Of a stretch of 64,000 nt of DNA, positions 63,039 to 64,000 are shown piece by piece. Each line of letters begins with the position of its first letter. The first letter of the stretch is position 1. The notes below the pieces were generated by a model. The model was not told where the DNA came from. It saw only the letters and a list, made by a program, of their open reading frames with translations, and ran no database searches. A program made the position numbers and the translations under genes. Source of the stretch: Vermamoeba vermiformis. Lineage: Eukaryota. The stretch lies in NCBI GenBank assembly GCA_045837725.1, contig JBEWZL010000300.1, forward strand, positions 186,001 to 250,000, read 5' to 3'.

Positions 63039-64000
63039 ATGCTCCAAAAAACCTTCTTCTTCGCTGTCGTATTAGCCCTAGTAACGGTGTCATCGGCTCA
63101 GCTCTGCGTGTTCAACGTTGGAAGCTGTTTGCGAATCCGTGATAGCGACAATTTGATGGTTTCTCGCGTGCTTGGCTGTGTCCCTGAAGGTACTCGCCTT
63201 GAGGACCTCGGTAGATCCTCCAACCGCGATGGAATCAATTGGAGAAACGTTCGGTAAGCAGATCATGAATGACATTTTGTGACATTCAATTTTAATTATT
63301 ATTCACACTATTTAGTATTGAATTTCAATAACACGTTTCGGTAAAATTGTGACACTAATTTATCACGAACAAAGGTGGAACGGTCAAGTTGGTTGGGCAT
63401 CTGGCGAATTTTTGCGAGCTTGTGGAACTACCACGCCAACACAACCAAACAATGACAGGCCAGTATTTGATAGACTGCCATTCCAAGGCAACTTTCCTCT
63501 TTCGCAATTCTACGGCGACACGCGCTTTGCTAGATCAAACCAACGAACGTTCTACGGCTCTACTCAGGTACGATACAACCCTACTACTACGACTGTGTTA
63601 TAAGTGAAGGATGGTATTACTTCCATCGGCCTTCTAGAAGCTAAAAATGCACAGAATCAAATTAATCGAATCACGCAGGGCATGCACAATGGCATCGACT
63701 GGGCTACTCCTGTAGGCACTCCCCTCGTTGCAGTATGCAATGGACAAGTTGTACATGCCGGTCTCAACTCTCCATTCGCAGCTGGACCTCGTAGGTAAGT
63801 ATCTCATTCTAAAATGTGAATCGAAACTGGCGACATCAATTAACTTGTCGAAGTGTCATTCTTCGCTGCGGTGCTTGGTACGTGCTGTACGGCCACACAG
63901 ACTCAGAGTCCGTTCGTGCTGGCGATAGAGTCACCTCTGGTCAAGTGGTTGGTCGTTCTGGATGGCCTGGTAATGCGCACGTCCATTTTGAAGTCAGGTA
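63039..64000 (+). CDS. Secreted bacterial-type SH3 + M23 peptidase (runs off window end)
   Basis: Signal peptide; SH3-like LRIR...W..V.WNGQVGWASGEFL; M23 motifs HNGIDW (HxxxD), LYGH, HVHFEV (HxH); GT-AG introns. Confidence 0.88.

Noticed and set aside
1-64000. Transposase, reverse transcriptase or integrase that could mobilise the duplicated intron
   Set aside because: No such motifs seen in this window; any machinery would be encoded elsewhere.

Overview
Gene-dense eukaryotic nuclear DNA with GT-AG introns and CTAAY-type branch points. An amoebozoan-like protist is inferred from gene content, not proven. About 35 protein-coding loci are supported, including a RhoGAP-PP2C fusion, F-box/LRR proteins, PIG-W, a mitochondrial carrier, atypical Rho and Ras GTPases, a CE2-like esterase, NSRP1, a Nudix hydrolase, TOM6, DDX20, adenylosuccinate lyase and an SH3-M23 peptidase. 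All five tRNA genes I found lie inside spliceosomal introns, co-oriented with the host gene. The standout is one ~700-nt intron carrying tRNA-Asp(GTC) plus tRNA-Tyr(GTA), present in two unrelated genes (PP2C domain, 1417-2106; Rho GTPase domain, 18788-19503). Homology runs from the 5' splice site to the branch point, so it looks like a whole tRNA-carrying intron that was copied between genes. Exon boundaries were read by eye and product calls come from motif recognition, not database searches.
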